The notes under the pieces: model-generated
Told to the model about the DNA's origin: nothing
Database searches by the model: none
The model's input: only the letters and a program-made list of their open reading frames with translations
Shown: positions 62,312-64,000 of the stretch, piece after piece
How positions within the stretch are numbered: the first letter of the stretch is position 1
Layout: each line of letters opens with the position of its first letter
Made by a program: the position numbers and the translations under genes
Source: Orbicella franksi
Lineage: Eukaryota
Assembly: GCA_964199315.1 (NCBI GenBank)
Contig: OZ116700.1
Location: forward strand, 33,294,001-33,358,000
Direction of reading: 5' to 3'
DNA: 64,000 nt

Positions 62312-63415
62312 AAAATAAATATATTTGGTCCCGTCCACGTTACGCTGGAGGAATTTGAAAACGGAAGGTTTAACTCTGAAAGCGCATCAAATGTTTTCCG
62401 TCCACGCTACGCCGTAGGAATTAAAAACTCGGCAATAACCAGTCAGTTTGGAGTGCAGTTGCGAATTTTGTATTTTTATTTTCCTTTTCTTTTTTCTTCT
62501 GGCAAAAACTGAGATTCAATCATAAAATTCCGGTTTTCAAAGCTTACTTTGAACAAATCATTTGCTTTCCTTCCCATCTGTAAATCGTGGTAAATCTCTT
62601 TAAGAGAATGGTAATCTTATCTAATGTTGCTTTTTGCTAGGAAATCTGCAAACAGCTCCTTCACTTACATAATTTAAGTTGGAGAATAACAAATTAAAAT
62701 ATAATTACTTTGGTTCCACAAAAATACTTTGAAGACAGTGGCATTGAGCTAATTAGCTTCCATCAATTTTTTGTCACTATCGTTCCTTTTTAGGGAAATT
62801 AAAACCTTTTTGCTGTCAATGACTCGGCTAACACAAATTTAGCAAAACATAGACATCAACGGCATCCTGCGCAACTTTTTCGTGGCTTTATTTTCAGGGC
62901 TAAATTGGGCGGGGGGGGTGGGGAAGGGAGAGAGAGAGAGCTAACTATCATAGGGAAGCCTTGACCTGGGCTGGGTCTCTATACAGATATCGCCACCGGA
63001 GTTTGTGTCTAGAAATCTCTGAAAGAAGAGAAATCAAGCACAATTCAACCGGGAGCTCGAATTTCAATAAATTATAATGAAGACCAAAAAATATAACCCA
63101 CTTGTAGGTCGAAGGGGAGTTATGAGATTGAATTTTATCTCCAACATGTGGGTCAATTAAGATACTTTTCTCAAGATACTTTTCTTAAAAAATAAACATC
63201 TGACTATTGTCATGTGAGTGAACTGAGCAACGTGTTAACTCCGAGCATTTTTCTATTTGCCCACGAATTTTGTCAACACTAACAGTTTAAATAAGACCTA
63301 CTTCCATATTGAATTTTGAACGCATATTAAATTTACACCTTCAATTTGCAGCATTCTTGATAAATTTACAATTACTACGCGTTGCAGTTTTGTTCTAGAT
63401 ATCCTCTCGTTTAAA

Positions 63416-63632
63416 TTATGTAGGTTCGATTTTAATGAGTAAAGCTGTCAGCACGACTAAACCTTGGTTCGCCAGATACCATTCCAGATTTTCCGTACCA
63501 ATATTTTGATCAAGCAACTCGTTCGCGTCCACTTCGCGGTGACTGCGACCCGCTCTGTAGAACCCAGGCTTCACGCGCAACTGTAGAGCGACTTGAGCTT
63601 GATAGAGTTTTCCCGTTGTACCATCCCTATAC
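63416..63632 (-). CDS. NEURL4: Last coding exon of a neuralized-like protein 4 homolog; gene continues off the right edge
   Basis: Acceptor tgttttag at 63633. YRDGTTGKLYQAQVALQLRVKPGFY...LEWYLANQGLVVLTALLIKIEPT* resembles the recalled NEURL4 C-terminus (QAQVAFQVCVRPGSY...LEW...LLCALLVRVE). Confidence 0.75.
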
Positions 63633-63687
63633 CTAAAACACGAGATAAACAAAAAACCCAGTGAGTGAATCCTACGTCATCACCTAA

Positions 63688-63825
63688 GGCCCTGTTTACA
63701 AGGAGCTAAGGTAACCCTAGTGCTAGGGTTACCTAGCACTCCCACATTTCTTCCATTTTTTTTTCATTGATGTGTTTACAAGTCAGCTAGGGTTACCCTG
63801 GCACTACCTGCTTGTAAACAGGGCC
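63688..63825. mobile_element. PIF/Harbinger-type MITE
   Basis: TIR GGCCCTGTTTACAAG / CTTGTAAACAGGGCC with a TAA target duplication on both sides. Confidence 0.85.
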
Positions 63826-64000
63826 TAAGGGTGTTTTCAGTGACACAAGCGATGTGATGAATTCTTAAAAGCACAGGAAAACATTACTGAGAGCGTATGA
63901 TGCACAACTTAGTAAAATTTGGCAGCCTTTGGATTGGAGCGCTTTTGACGACTAAAGCATCGCGGAAAGAACCTTACGAAAATGAGTCCAACATACTGGC

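Overview
AT-rich, intron-rich animal genomic DNA, most likely a stony coral (cnidarian). The taxon is inferred from the repeat families and cannot be proven from the window. Hand-splicing on GT/GC-AG signals gives six protein-coding genes: enolase (minus, 5' part, runs off the left edge); a compact ~1293-aa SPEN/SHARP (plus, head-to-head with enolase); G-protein beta subunit GNB1 (minus, 348 aa); a SIX6OS1/C14orf39-like synaptonemal-complex gene (plus); Dishevelled (plus, ~706-709 aa); and the last exon of a NEURL4-like gene (minus). Introns and spacers hold many MITEs, tRNA-derived SINE-like repeats, RTE and CR1/L2 LINE fragments and one 173-N gap. Main leads: (1) ENO-SPEN-GNB-DVL-NEURL4 are linked within 64 kb, echoing the vertebrate 1p36/12p13/17p13/3q26-27 paralogon; (2) a probable non-bilaterian SIX6OS1 ortholog that needs a GC-AG intron; (3) a candidate optional enolase exon encoding a mitochondrial-targeting-like leader; (4) a foldback element with hammerhead-like cores bearing a compensatory U3:A8 pair; (5) a circularly permuted, terminally redundant tRNA-Thr(GGT)-like repeat. 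All comparisons to human proteins and loci are from recall, not from a database search.
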